Virus record (IMG/VR): IMGVR_UViG_3300032236_000548
Span: 40,656 to 104,655 of that record
Length of the DNA: 64,000 nucleotides
Strand: one strand, 5' to 3'
From: a virus
In this document: positions 18,541 through 29,547 of the stretch, in pieces
How the letters are laid out: every line of letters starts with the position of its first letter
Numbering within the stretch: the stretch's first letter is position 1
Position numbers and translations under genes: made by a program
The notes under the pieces: generated by a model
Told to the model about the DNA's origin: nothing
The model's database searches: none
The model's input: the letters and a program-made list of their open reading frames with translations, nothing else

Positions 18541-21500
18541 ATGGCAATTTTAAATTTCCCAGATCATCCGCAGACTGGTGATCAATATACAGGTGATAAC
18601 GGTACTACTTATATATTTGATGGTGTTAAATGGTTAGGGACCGCAGGTGCAGGAACTAGTGGCACTAATAGTATTGTTAACAATGGTAATACTGTTCAAA
18701 TAGACAGTACTGGTAAGTTAGTATTACCCGCATACTCATTACCTAACACTACAGGTACAGCAGGGCAAGTATTGGTATGGCCAGGAAGTGGCACAACATT
18801 AACATGGGCTACACAAAGTGGCAGTGGCGGAGGTAGCGGATCTAGTTTAACTAACGGCGGTTACTCGGTATCATTAGGTGTTGACGGTTACTTAAATTTA
18901 CCTAACGGACTAGATACTGCTGGTGCATTGTTACAGAGCGCAAGTCCTATAAGAGTTAACAGCAACGGTCATTTCTGGACATTTGGAGCAGACGGCAAAC
19001 TATCGTTTCCTCCCACAGTAGCTTCTCCAGTAGGTACAACAACTCAAGCGTTTGGTATGGGCAATTTGTTTGCTTGGGAAGACGGCGACAATTGGACTAT
19101 TGCTACTGGTAATCCTAGTACTGGTGCATTTGGAGAAACTGGCATCAGCATCAGTCCAGGTATTGAAAGTAATGCTTATCTAAATCTTCCTTCTGACACA
19201 GATATCGGCAATGGGGCAACAACAACGCTGGCCAACTTTAGCGGCAATGTTGTGATACAGTCCGCCGATGGTAACTGGGTATTTGGTAAAGATAATTCAA
19301 CAATATTCCCTAACAGCACCCTAACCACTGACAAATTATCTATACAAGGTGCTCCATATACTATACAAATCACAGACAGCGGCGGTGTATGGCCTCCTGC
19401 TGTTAATACATACACAAGACTACCTGGGCTTGGAGATCCAAAATGGGTTCCAGCTAATTACAATGCCAGCAGTGACTCTTATATAACATTTTCTAATGGC
19501 CTTTGGGCACTTAGTAGTCCAAGTTTCCCTCATCCTGTTTATGTAAACACAGGAACACTATACGCTCCTTCAGCAACTTGGAATCCTGATACACAATTTG
19601 GTCTTGGATCTGGTAACCCCACAGGTGCTTATACCTACAACACTTGGTTATTTGATTCTAATGGAGATTTAACAGCACCAGGCGATATTGTTGTTGGTGG
19701 CGGCCTCAACGCCGGCGGACAAGAACAACACTTTATCATTGACAGTTCTAACTACTGGACCAGCATCCAGTGGAAAAACTTTGCCAATCCTCAAGATCCT
19801 GGTACTACGCCGTTTGAATGTCAAGCACAGTTGCTAAGAGTATTTGCCAACAATAATACAGTCACTAGTGAGTGTAATGTTCAAAATCCTCGTGAAGAAC
19901 TAGTAGCAGTAACAGTTGTTCGACCTGATAATACAAACTACAATGGTTTGATGATCAGTACCAGCGAAAGAAAAATTCCAGATGCTCCGTACAATGACGG
20001 AACTGGTGCAAGACACGATTTCTTATTTGGTGGTGATGGTTATCTAACTATGGAAAGCCTACACCTACAAGGTCACTTAAAAGGTGTAGATGGTAGCACC
20101 GGTTCAACAGGACAAGTATTAACACGTCAAAGCAATGGAGGCGCGGCTTGGGCAAATGCCACAGGAGGAAGTGGTAGTGTAGTATTCCGCACTGTTAGCT
20201 ATCCAGCAGGTGCAGATGGTGATACACAGGGCACAATCGCTGTTGACAACACTGGTAAAATTTATCTGTGTCTCACAACTTGGGCGGCGTCAAGTACAGT
20301 AACTTATAGCGCAACTAACAACACAGACTATGCTATCAGTCAAAGCGCCGGGCATCTTCTTATGTATCAAATAACTCCGTCAACCTTGCCAGACATACAG
20401 GCATTGTTTGGTACGTTTAACAACTATCAATATAACTATCCAACTCCCGGTGACTTTACACTAGAAGTTCCAGGCATCACTGGTCCTAGAACTGTTACCG
20501 CTTGTGGATATCTTTCAGGTAGCGGCGATATATGGTTTGATATTGCCTATGTGTCAGGAGATCCTACAACAGTTTCAATCGGTGATGCAGTAACAATTCA
20601 CTATACTCCACAACAGCCTGCTATTTGGGAAAAAGTTGGAGCCACCGGTAATATTAAATTTGACGGACAAAATATTAGCACTGACGTTGGCTCAAGCATC
20701 TACATAAAGTCAACCAGCGACTCAACAGATGATACCGAAGTTGACATTGGTACACATTATGTTGACATTTACACCTATAATGACACTTCAGGTAGTTCAG
20801 CAGAACTATACATAAACAATGCTGATCATGCTAATCCCTACGCTTATATCTATACACAAGCACACAACAGTGCCTCTAAACAATGGACATTTAACAAGGA
20901 TGGTAACATTGTATTTCCAGATAACACAGTACAGACCACTGCCTATGTACCTGGATCTACTGATCCATTGATATGGGCAGTACAAGCCGTATCGAATACC
21001 AAAGCAACTTTCATGCAAGCAGTGACTCACGACAGCGTAGGCAACGCTATCGCGCTGATGTGGCAAGGTAACTGGAATGGTCCCGGCGAAGGCAAAGCCA
21101 CTATAGTCAAACTAGACGACCACGGTAACCCAGTATGGGCTATAGACCTAGCCGATGGCAACAGCGTTAACCCTTGGAGTTTATGCTGTGACGCTAACAA
21201 TGATGTATATGTAATTACACAGCGAGTCAATGGCAGTGGCTATTACAACAACGCCGTGGTAAAATTAAGCACTAGTAATGGTGGCATCTTGTGGCAAACT
21301 GATATACAGGATTCACAGAACTCTAATAATATGCAGGCTGTGCCAATGGTGTATAGTTCAGGCGAACTTAGTTTCAATGGCATTGTAATTGCTGGTACTG
21401 CCTATAACGGAACAGACAATGATTTCTTTGTAACATTTATTAACAACGACGGCTCAGTACCTGCTCCATCGGTTTTACTTGGCGATCAATATGAGCAGGC

Positions 21501-22914
21501 GGCATATAGTGTAGCAGTTAATAATACTACAGGTGATATTTTATTTGTGGGTAGAAAACAGAGTAATACTGACGCACACTATTATCTGGAGATGGTTAAA
21601 CTCAACATTGCAAGCCCAAGTCCTGGTTGGCAAAAACAAGTTTCAGTAACTGGTGACAATTATAATGTTCAAGGTACCGACTGCTGTTTACTAGCAGATG
21701 GTAACTGGGCTATACTGGCCACACACGGTCACAGCAGTGGCGCTGGCATTATAACTATGAAGGTCAGTAATACCGATGGTAGTGTTATGTGGAGTAGAGA
21801 AGTTAGTCAAGGCTGTCAGGCAGTTAGCTCTAGTTTAACCACAGGCAGTGATGGAAATATTTACATTTCGGGAATAACTTTCAATGGACAAACTATTCCC
21901 CCATATGGCTTACCGTTAACCAGCAGAGTAGTAGCAGCCTATAACACCAGCGGCACTAGCCTGTGGCAAAAATGGTTTGGAGCACCGGGTAGCAATTCAC
22001 TTGTTGATGGTAACTCCTTTAACAGCATAGGTTTCGCGGGTAAACTTTTATCAATATCTAACGATCACCTACTTCTAGGATCATCTCTTCTTACATTCCC
22101 CGACGGTTCATATCCTTCAACATCAATAGGTGTTGTTGTACAAATTCCAACAGGCAGTGACAATCAAGTAATTGGACCATTTGAACTTACCAACAGTAAT
22201 TTATCGGGTACTAGTGTTGCAATGACTGTGGCAGATACTGAATTTACCTTTAGTCAAGGTAGTCAAACGTTTGGTTCAGGATCAACAATATCTGGTACTA
22301 ACAGTTCAGTATCTTGGACAAAATTTAACTCGGGCGTTAGACCAAATCAGCTAGCCGCTAGCACCAAGACTCTAACACTACAGACAAATGGTTTGCTAGT
22401 TGATGAAAATATCAGAAGCATCACAGGTGAGTTTAACGGCCTTACTGAAAACACTGGTAACTATAGCAACAGCCAAATTTCAATTAGAAATGCTTCGGGT
22501 TACAAACGTATCAACAACTTGGACAGCGCACCGCAGACTTGGTTTAATGTCAGCGATGTGGCCACTCAGTTAGGAGTCAATCAATACTGGATTACCAGTG
22601 TAAGTATGGAATTCCAAGTGACCAGCAGTGGACTTGGTAACAGCGGTGACGTCTGTACAATGGTAGGAACTATTTTAATGGCTCACGACTATAGTTGGGG
22701 CAGAAACAGTGTCACACACACTGAAACAGCTATCTATGGCAACGACGATAACGCAGACGCTTATGTATTTGCTAACTTGGAACTATGGAATGCACCAAAT
22801 GGTAATATGCAATTGAAAACCTACAGAACTGACGGCAACAGTGGACAACAGCTAGACATTATGTGGACAGCTCGAGTCTTTATTAACCCAATGCTGGTAG
22901 AAAGATACTGCTAA
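18541..22914 (+). CDS. tail fibre / adhesin with probable beta-propeller region
   Basis: LNFP..P..GD.Y N-terminus, GQVL..W fibre repeats, W.F..DG.L.FP repeats, propeller-like blades (G...W...) in the C-terminal half. Confidence 0.7.
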   Translation: MAILNFPDHPQTGDQYTGDNGTTYIFDGVKWLGTAGAGTSGTNSIVNNGNTVQIDSTGKLVLPAYSLPNTTGTAGQVLVWPGSGTTLTWATQSGSGGGSGSSLTNGGYSVSLGVDGYLNLPNGLDTAGALLQSASPIRVNSNGHFWTFGADGKLSFPPTVASPVGTTTQAFGMGNLFAWEDGDNWTIATGNPSTGAFGETGISISPGIESNAYLNLPSDTDIGNGATTTLANFSGNVVIQSADGNWVFGKDNSTIFPNSTLTTDKLSIQGAPYTIQITDSGGVWPPAVNTYTRLPGLGDPKWVPANYNASSDSYITFSNGLWALSSPSFPHPVYVNTGTLYAPSATWNPDTQFGLGSGNPTGAYTYNTWLFDSNGDLTAPGDIVVGGGLNAGGQEQHFIIDSSNYWTSIQWKNFANPQDPGTTPFECQAQLLRVFANNNTVTSECNVQNPREELVAVTVVRPDNTNYNGLMISTSERKIPDAPYNDGTGARHDFLFGGDGYLTMESLHLQGHLKGVDGSTGSTGQVLTRQSNGGAAWANATGGSGSVVFRTVSYPAGADGDTQGTIAVDNTGKIYLCLTTWAASSTVTYSATNNTDYAISQSAGHLLMYQITPSTLPDIQALFGTFNNYQYNYPTPGDFTLEVPGITGPRTVTACGYLSGSGDIWFDIAYVSGDPTTVSIGDAVTIHYTPQQPAIWEKVGATGNIKFDGQNISTDVGSSIYIKSTSDSTDDTEVDIGTHYVDIYTYNDTSGSSAELYINNADHANPYAYIYTQAHNSASKQWTFNKDGNIVFPDNTVQTTAYVPGSTDPLIWAVQAVSNTKATFMQAVTHDSVGNAIALMWQGNWNGPGEGKATIVKLDDHGNPVWAIDLADGNSVNPWSLCCDANNDVYVITQRVNGSGYYNNAVVKLSTSNGGILWQTDIQDSQNSNNMQAVPMVYSSGELSFNGIVIAGTAYNGTDNDFFVTFINNDGSVPAPSVLLGDQYEQAAYSVAVNNTTGDILFVGRKQSNTDAHYYLEMVKLNIASPSPGWQKQVSVTGDNYNVQGTDCCLLADGNWAILATHGHSSGAGIITMKVSNTDGSVMWSREVSQGCQAVSSSLTTGSDGNIYISGITFNGQTIPPYGLPLTSRVVAAYNTSGTSLWQKWFGAPGSNSLVDGNSFNSIGFAGKLLSISNDHLLLGSSLLTFPDGSYPSTSIGVVVQIPTGSDNQVIGPFELTNSNLSGTSVAMTVADTEFTFSQGSQTFGSGSTISGTNSSVSWTKFNSGVRPNQLAASTKTLTLQTNGLLVDENIRSITGEFNGLTENTGNYSNSQISIRNASGYKRINNLDSAPQTWFNVSDVATQLGVNQYWITSVSMEFQVTSSGLGNSGDVCTMVGTILMAHDYSWGRNSVTHTETAIYGNDDNADAYVFANLELWNAPNGNMQLKTYRTDGNSGQQLDIMWTARVFINPMLVERYC

Positions 22915-22931
22915 TTAACTGGAAATAAAAA

Positions 22932-23492
22932 ATGACAAGAGCATACTATAGAAGAATAACTGGATCTACAATGCAAGGTGACGGCGGCCAAGTTGCTGAA
23001 AAAGCTGGCACCTTGGTAGTCAATGCAGACGGTACACTACACCTACACGATGGGAGTACATCCGGTGGATTGCCTCTAGTGGTAGACAGTGATTGGGTAA
23101 ATCCCAACGATCATACTTGGAAGATACGTACCTACAACGATGGGGCCGCTGTGAGTTTTGATGGCACTACACCTGTGGTATGGTTTGATGTGGCTAATAG
23201 CCCATCGGGCCTAGATCAGTTCCGCGGTGCTATTATTGAGTATCACGCTTTTACCAGTCAAGGAACAATAGTTGGAACTATTCACATAGCCGACGATTAT
23301 CAACCAGGGGATGCTTTTACGCACACTGAACATATGAGTGGCAGTCCCAATCTACAAACAGTACATCTTTGGGGCCCAGATGTTAGCTTGACTCGCGGGC
23401 GCCTATGTTTCAAGCGCACAGATGGACAAGCTGCCACACTAATGATACAGTGGACCGCTAAGATATTCTACGGCTACGAAGCTGACTGCTAA
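22932..23492 (+). CDS. short tail-fibre-associated protein
   Basis: LHLHDGSTSGG (Mtd N-terminal-like); C-terminal domain paralogous to the C-terminus of 18541-22914. Confidence 0.65.
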   Translation: MTRAYYRRITGSTMQGDGGQVAEKAGTLVVNADGTLHLHDGSTSGGLPLVVDSDWVNPNDHTWKIRTYNDGAAVSFDGTTPVVWFDVANSPSGLDQFRGAIIEYHAFTSQGTIVGTIHIADDYQPGDAFTHTEHMSGSPNLQTVHLWGPDVSLTRGRLCFKRTDGQAATLMIQWTAKIFYGYEADC

Positions 23493-23509
23493 GATTAAGG
23501 AAAAATTAA

Positions 23510-24877
23510 ATGGCACAATTCAAACGATTTAACTCAAGCGAGAATCCTACTAGGTCAGATACTACCGCGGCCTATCCTAATGGTACGTTGACTTGGGATG
23601 ATACTAACGGACTTAGACTACACGACGGTTCGACATTAGGTGGTAACGCTATTGGTAGTGGTGGAGGTGGCGACCATATGACTGTTCGCAATAGTACACT
23701 ACAGTTAGACGGTGCAGGTGTTGCTTGGACTGGTTCGTACGGCGCCGGTGACTATAACTACGGTGGATTTTACTCTGCAGATACTAACAACACATTATTC
23801 ACATTTAGTTCAAACGGTACACCAAGTATGAGTGTACAGTTAGACGGAGCATTGTTTGTAGGTAGTTCAGCTCCTCCTAACTCGGCTGGTGTAAACATTA
23901 CAAACCCAGGATGGATTGTAGCAACAGGTGGTGCTAAGTTTGGTGGAGACATCAATACTGCTGGCGCTATGGGTATTACCGGCGGTATTACTTGGAGTAC
24001 TAGCGGTTCACAAATCTTTGAAGACAGTAGTTTAGTTATGTACAGTCCTAGTGCTGACGTGGTGCTGACAGCAGGTGAAGCCGCTCTATCACTACTACCA
24101 AACGGTGTACTACAAGTTCCTCCTATTTTACAAGGCGGTGGCGGAGATCCTAACGTCTACATACAGGTTCAAGCTAACGGCGGATGGGAAACCTGGACAT
24201 TTGATAACAACGGTGCGTTAACCATTCCTGGTTATCTTAATTTACCCGGCAATGCTAACATTGTAGCATCCACTAACCTAAGTATATACAGCAATAGCAA
24301 TAGCACAGTTGATATTGGTTCAGCTAATGCCAATGTAGTAGTGTATGGTGGTAACGTTGAAATTTTAACTAACAACCAAAACGGACAAGCAAAAGCCTGG
24401 ACTTGGTATCCAAACGGCAACCTTACTTTCCCAGACGGCGGATCTTTACGTGTAGCTAACCCTCCAACACACAGTACAGGTACTCCTGGCGACAAAGCAG
24501 GTATGATAGCCTTTGATAACACAGCTATATATTATTGTACTCAAGATTATTTTTCAATTAGCTTAACAGTAAACAATATTAGAGGCCCATCTCAAGGTGC
24601 TACGTATAGTAATAATGGCGGCGGATTTGGTATTATGGTAGGATTTGATGGACCTATTTCTGGATTAGCCAGTGGTCAAACATTTACCTACAATGGTGTT
24701 CTACGCACAATACAAGACGTTACTAATACATCTGATCAGTATGCTAACATCATATTCACACCATATGTAGACACAAGTGACTTGGCCAGCTTCACAGCCG
24801 GAACACAGTTAAGTATTTCCGCAGGAAGTCCATCAAATATTTGGGTCAAGACTCCGTGGGCAATAACTAGCTGGTAA
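23510..24877 (+). CDS. tail fibre-like protein
   Basis: LRLHDGSTLGG, W.F...G.LTFP repeats, G..GMIAFD...YYC...W module. Confidence 0.68.
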   Translation: MAQFKRFNSSENPTRSDTTAAYPNGTLTWDDTNGLRLHDGSTLGGNAIGSGGGGDHMTVRNSTLQLDGAGVAWTGSYGAGDYNYGGFYSADTNNTLFTFSSNGTPSMSVQLDGALFVGSSAPPNSAGVNITNPGWIVATGGAKFGGDINTAGAMGITGGITWSTSGSQIFEDSSLVMYSPSADVVLTAGEAALSLLPNGVLQVPPILQGGGGDPNVYIQVQANGGWETWTFDNNGALTIPGYLNLPGNANIVASTNLSIYSNSNSTVDIGSANANVVVYGGNVEILTNNQNGQAKAWTWYPNGNLTFPDGGSLRVANPPTHSTGTPGDKAGMIAFDNTAIYYCTQDYFSISLTVNNIRGPSQGATYSNNGGGFGIMVGFDGPISGLASGQTFTYNGVLRTIQDVTNTSDQYANIIFTPYVDTSDLASFTAGTQLSISAGSPSNIWVKTPWAITSW

Positions 24878-24886
24878 AAAAGAAAT

Positions 24887-26899
24887 ATGTCATTAACTAT
24901 TCGTACTACAACTATCAAAGGCGCAATGACCTTACGCACTCAGCCAGATGTCTTATTCTGGATAGATGCTAACAACATAGATAGTTATAACTCTACTCCT
25001 CCCGGTGGTAGTATACACTTTGTAGGCGCATCAAATCAATACTTAACTGTACCAGCAGACTCAAGAGTTACATTAGGTACAAGTGATTTTACTTTAGAGT
25101 TTTGGCTATACCAAACATCACGCGGTGCTTATCCTACAGCATTCTTATACGATAATGCGGCCTCTGGCACAAGTCCAACCAGCTTCTTTATGTCTGTTGG
25201 AGATAGCAGTAGTGTTTTATTATCTGATGGCGGCAATAGCTGGAGTTTAGGGTTAAGTTGGACAGCACCATCTCTAAACCATTGGCACCACTACGCTCTT
25301 GTACGACAGGGTACTACATTTACAATGTATGTAGATGGAAGTAGTGTTGCTACAGGTACAAGTAGTTATGATATACCAGCACAAAACGGATCTTTACAAA
25401 TTGGCGGAGCAAATGATTCTAACGTGGTGCTCGATGGTTACTTGACTAACTTTAGATTGATCCGAGGTTCGGCTATATACCAAAGCAACTTTACACCGCA
25501 GACTACACCTCTAGCTGGTGGATCTAATACAACCTTTTTGTTAAGAGCACACGATGCTGGTACACTCTTAACAGATTCAAGTGGTAAAGATTTTACCACA
25601 ACAAATAATAACGGTGCTACATGGAGTAACAAATCTCCCTTTGGTTCTGGAAGTGTAACGTGGAACGACATTAGCGGTAATGGACATGTTGTAACTCTAC
25701 ACAATGGAGCCGCATACGATACTGACGGTATTAGTTTTGACTATACACAACAACAGTACGGTGACTTTGCTCCAGCTAATATGTTCACAGGCGACTTTAC
25801 TGCCATTACTTGGATCTATCTACGCAGTTATCAATCTTGGAGTCGTGTGTTTGACTTTGGCAACGGAGCCGGTGTAAACAATATTATATTAGCGGCTACT
25901 GGAAGTACTACTGGAGAACCAGTGTACGCTAACATTAACAGTAGCAACCTTCAGGCCAATGTCCAAGTTCCACTAAATCGATGGGTACAATTAGTAGCAG
26001 TACAAGAAGGTAATACTGGCTTAATTTATATGAACGGACAGCTAATAGCTTCAGCGACTAACAACGGTGGAACTACTATAGCAAACCGTATCTATAATTA
26101 TATCGGTCGTAGCAACTGGGAACAGGATGCTTACCTAGATGCTAAGATTGCGTCTATTAAGATTTATAATCGTTCTCTACGTTCTAGTGAAATATTAACA
26201 GACTATCATACCAACGGCCCTTCTACAATCGTTCAAAGCGGCCTACTCTTAAACTTTGATGCCGCAACATACAGCGGCACAGGTGATTGGATTGACGCGG
26301 CCAACGGTGTACACGCTACTCCTTACAATACACCTGCTTGGAGTAGTGACAACGGTGGAATCTTTACCTTAGCATCTAATAACCTACAATATTTCTCAGT
26401 ACCTTGGCCTACATTCCAACCTACATACACTATTGATATATGGTTTAACTATACTGGTGGTCAACCAGGTGGTGCGTGTTTAATCAGTGACGAATTTACC
26501 GGTGCTCCGTTTAATTTTACTATTGCAGCCGCCGGAAGCGGAATAAAAACAGGATGGTATACAACAAACTGGGACGGACAATGGGTTCCCAATAATACCT
26601 ACACAGCATTTCCAAACGACGGATCAACTTGGTATAACATTGTTATGTCTGTAGGTGCTACAGAATATAATGATTATCTCAACGGCACGTTGAGTTACGG
26701 TCCAGGCAGATATGGTATCGAAATCAATGGTGCTCCAAACGGTAGTAGTCCCACACAGAGATTCTTTATTGGACATCGTTGGGATTTACCTGAATCAGTC
26801 AATGCCAAAATTGGTGTAGTCAACATCTACAATCGTGCGCTGACTGCTGAAGAAGTTACTCAAAACTTCAACTACTATCGTTCACGCTACGGACTATGA
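24887..26899 (+). CDS. multi-LamG / concanavalin A-like lectin domain protein (receptor binding)
   Basis: Three LamG-like domains (DFTLEFWLY...WHHYALVR...YVDG; FTAITWIY...WVQLVAV...YMNG; YTIDIWFN...IYNRALTAEEV.QNF). Confidence 0.8.
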   Translation: MSLTIRTTTIKGAMTLRTQPDVLFWIDANNIDSYNSTPPGGSIHFVGASNQYLTVPADSRVTLGTSDFTLEFWLYQTSRGAYPTAFLYDNAASGTSPTSFFMSVGDSSSVLLSDGGNSWSLGLSWTAPSLNHWHHYALVRQGTTFTMYVDGSSVATGTSSYDIPAQNGSLQIGGANDSNVVLDGYLTNFRLIRGSAIYQSNFTPQTTPLAGGSNTTFLLRAHDAGTLLTDSSGKDFTTTNNNGATWSNKSPFGSGSVTWNDISGNGHVVTLHNGAAYDTDGISFDYTQQQYGDFAPANMFTGDFTAITWIYLRSYQSWSRVFDFGNGAGVNNIILAATGSTTGEPVYANINSSNLQANVQVPLNRWVQLVAVQEGNTGLIYMNGQLIASATNNGGTTIANRIYNYIGRSNWEQDAYLDAKIASIKIYNRSLRSSEILTDYHTNGPSTIVQSGLLLNFDAATYSGTGDWIDAANGVHATPYNTPAWSSDNGGIFTLASNNLQYFSVPWPTFQPTYTIDIWFNYTGGQPGGACLISDEFTGAPFNFTIAAAGSGIKTGWYTTNWDGQWVPNNTYTAFPNDGSTWYNIVMSVGATEYNDYLNGTLSYGPGRYGIEINGAPNGSSPTQRFFIGHRWDLPESVNAKIGVVNIYNRALTAEEVTQNFNYYRSRYGL

Positions 26900-27525
26900 A
26901 AATACGTCCTGCTGATACTAGAGGTATGTTGATTACCAACTGGATTGTTAGTCGCAGAACATTTAGCAACAACAGCTACTGGGACCCCAAGTATATGAAT
27001 TGGGGTAATCTCAAAGTTATCAACGATGATATCCAACAGCCGGGTAATATGGTGCCTAATCATCCTCATCGCAACTACGATATATTAGGATATCTAGTAG
27101 AAGGCGAACTGGAGCATACTGACAGTTTAGGTAATGTCAGCAGAGCTCGTCCTGGGCAAGTACAGCACATGTGGTGTGGTAAGGAAATATGGCACACTGA
27201 AGCATCAGTAGGCCAAGTACCTGCACGTTATCTACAGCTATGGATCACTCCCAAAGACGAGTATAGAGATACAGAACCTTACTACGAAATCATAGACAAA
27301 TCACCAGAGTTTGGTCCTATAGCAGTAGACTTAAAACAGGATATGACAGTCAGTGCTGGTATATTAACTGATACTATTACTGTTGGCTCTAGCTATTTGT
27401 ATGTAGTTAAAGGTGCTTGTTTTGTAAATGGTGTAAAATTACGTGAAGGTGATGGTGCAGAGCTGGTTTCAGCTACTCTTAAACCTGTACGTGGCCCACA
27501 TTTGTTATTGTTCGAAAACCGCTAA
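26896..27525 (+). CDS. pirin family protein (YhhW-like cupin)
   Basis: W..SRRTFS..SY.DP..M.WG.LKVINDD, HPHRNYDI..Y..EGELEH.DS.GN, GQVQ.M..G..I.H.E, LQLWI.P. Confidence 0.88.
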   Translation: MKIRPADTRGMLITNWIVSRRTFSNNSYWDPKYMNWGNLKVINDDIQQPGNMVPNHPHRNYDILGYLVEGELEHTDSLGNVSRARPGQVQHMWCGKEIWHTEASVGQVPARYLQLWITPKDEYRDTEPYYEIIDKSPEFGPIAVDLKQDMTVSAGILTDTITVGSSYLYVVKGACFVNGVKLREGDGAELVSATLKPVRGPHLLLFENR

Positions 27526-27546
27526 ATATACTAAAGAGAACGTAAA

Positions 27547-28029
27547 ATGACCCAACAAACAATTTTCTTAGGAACTTACGCAAACGACGGTACAGGCGAT
27601 GATATTCGCACGGCGTTTACTAAAGTTAACTCTAATTTTACTGATTTATATCATTCACTTTCAACGCTGAATGGGCAAAATATTGGTTCAGGGCAAGGTG
27701 TATTTTCATCAGATGTTGCAGGAGTAATGAGTTTTAAGAGTATTACTGGAAGCAACGGTATTGTTGTAACTAGTACAAGTAATACTGTAAACATTGCGGC
27801 TACTACACAACCTACACATTTAGTATCAGATACCTCGCCCAGTCTAGGCGGCAACTTAACATTAAACGGTAATAATATTATTGGCAATGGTGACGTACAA
27901 ACTACAGTATGGGGTATCGACATTCGCACACTTAGCACACAAGTGAACACAGCATTAACTACAGGGTTTGGAGACTTAGGAACATTTAGTGTTCCTTTAG
28001 GAAACCCGTTTGATTTAGGAACCTTTTAA
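27547..28029 (+). CDS. baseplate/fibre structural protein
   Basis: LGTYANDGTGDDIRTAFTKVNSNF (gp9/10-like), DTSPSLGGNLTLNG; TAAATA at 27523-27528. Confidence 0.75.
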   Translation: MTQQTIFLGTYANDGTGDDIRTAFTKVNSNFTDLYHSLSTLNGQNIGSGQGVFSSDVAGVMSFKSITGSNGIVVTSTSNTVNIAATTQPTHLVSDTSPSLGGNLTLNGNNIIGNGDVQTTVWGIDIRTLSTQVNTALTTGFGDLGTFSVPLGNPFDLGTF

Positions 28030-28045
28030 GGTAGGAGAAGAATAA

Positions 28046-29539
28046 ATGGCATTACAAATACGAAGAGGATTAGCGTCTAACAGAACGTCAATTACTCCTG
28101 CACAAGGCGAAGTACTTTATACAACTGACACAAAACTACTTTATGTGGGCGACGGTTCAACTGCTGGTGGAACACCAGTTGCTCCTGTTACTACAGTTAA
28201 CGGTTTAACTGGTAACGTTGCACTAGTAACTGACAACATTGCCGAAGGCGGCAATCCATCAACTAGTAACAAATATTTTACAACAAACAGAGCAAAAGAT
28301 ACCATTGGAACAATGCTAACATCTGGAACTCTGAGCGGGTTAACTATCACTTATGACGCTGGTGCTCATGCAATCACCATTACTAATACTAACGTAATCC
28401 AATCAGGTACTACAAATAGTTTAGCATACTGGGCAAGTAATGGCACTACATTGACCCCAAGTGCAAACTTAACTTGGAACGAAGCTGGAAACGTTTTATC
28501 AAATATTAACGGCGCATTCCAAATTACTGCAAACAATGGTGGTCGTGCAATGTTGACTACTCAAACGTTTAATAATTCTGCAACTGGAAATAACTACCTT
28601 ACATTCCAAAAAGCAAGAGGAACAAACATAACTCCTACTACACTAGTAGCTGGAGATGCTATTCATGCACTTAATTTCTTAGGATACGATGGAACTGGAT
28701 ATGTCAACGCAGTGTCTCTTGTAGGCGCATCTAATGCGGGTAATCCTATTAGTACAGGTATTGTACCTGGATATTTCTACATCAGTTCAATGGACGCAAC
28801 TGGTGTTACCAGTATTCGATTCAGAATTAGTCCAACCGGTACTGCTACATTTGGTCCAGTTGCTACTACTGACACTGGAACAGGCGGTGTAGCTATTACA
28901 CAAACTGTAACTGGATCTACTAGAACTACTTTACGTTTATCTAACTATTTTTCAGATGTTGCCGCTAATAACTTGCAATTTAACAAGTATCGTGGAACTA
29001 TTGCCTCACCAACAGTTGTTGTACAAAATGACGAACTATCGGCAATCTATTCTAGAGGGTACGACGGTGCAGCCGCAGTAAACGCAAGTAGTATAAAAAC
29101 TATTGTAGACGGTGCTGTCACTACTGGTAAAATTCCAGGAGCAATCGTATTCAGCGTTGCAAACACCGCTGGAACATTAGTACAAACAACTAAGATTGGA
29201 AACGATGGAACTTTAACACATAACGGTTCTATGACTACTACTAGTACTCCTGGAACTATATGGAACTACGATTCATCAAGCTCTACTATCAATTTAATTG
29301 TAGGCGGTACTGTAGCATTCCGTAATTTCTCAGGAAGCATTTTAGTCAACTGTTATAATTCAGGAACTGTAACACAATACCTATGCGGTGGCGGAAGTAC
29401 ACCGATTGCAGTTGGTTCTTCGAAGGTAACACCAACTGGCACTATGGCCGCTACTAGCGGAATTAGTGGATATACATTTACTGCTACTGAATTGGGATTA
29501 CATAGTTTCTATGTAATCAGAACACGAAGTGGAGCATAA
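28046..29539 (+). CDS. tail fibre with major-tropism-determinant-like N-terminal domain
   Basis: MALQIRRG...TPAQGEVLYTTDTKLLYVGDG; two F.K.RGT...PT.....D......GYDG repeats. Confidence 0.75.
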   Translation: MALQIRRGLASNRTSITPAQGEVLYTTDTKLLYVGDGSTAGGTPVAPVTTVNGLTGNVALVTDNIAEGGNPSTSNKYFTTNRAKDTIGTMLTSGTLSGLTITYDAGAHAITITNTNVIQSGTTNSLAYWASNGTTLTPSANLTWNEAGNVLSNINGAFQITANNGGRAMLTTQTFNNSATGNNYLTFQKARGTNITPTTLVAGDAIHALNFLGYDGTGYVNAVSLVGASNAGNPISTGIVPGYFYISSMDATGVTSIRFRISPTGTATFGPVATTDTGTGGVAITQTVTGSTRTTLRLSNYFSDVAANNLQFNKYRGTIASPTVVVQNDELSAIYSRGYDGAAAVNASSIKTIVDGAVTTGKIPGAIVFSVANTAGTLVQTTKIGNDGTLTHNGSMTTTSTPGTIWNYDSSSSTINLIVGGTVAFRNFSGSILVNCYNSGTVTQYLCGGGSTPIAVGSSKVTPTGTMAATSGISGYTFTATELGLHSFYVIRTRSGA

Positions 29540-29547
29540 GTTTAATC

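Noticed and set aside
28046-29539. Diversity-generating retroelement suggested by the Mtd-like N-terminus
   Set aside because: No reverse transcriptase, no C-type-lectin variable region, and no TR/VR near-duplicate visible in the window.
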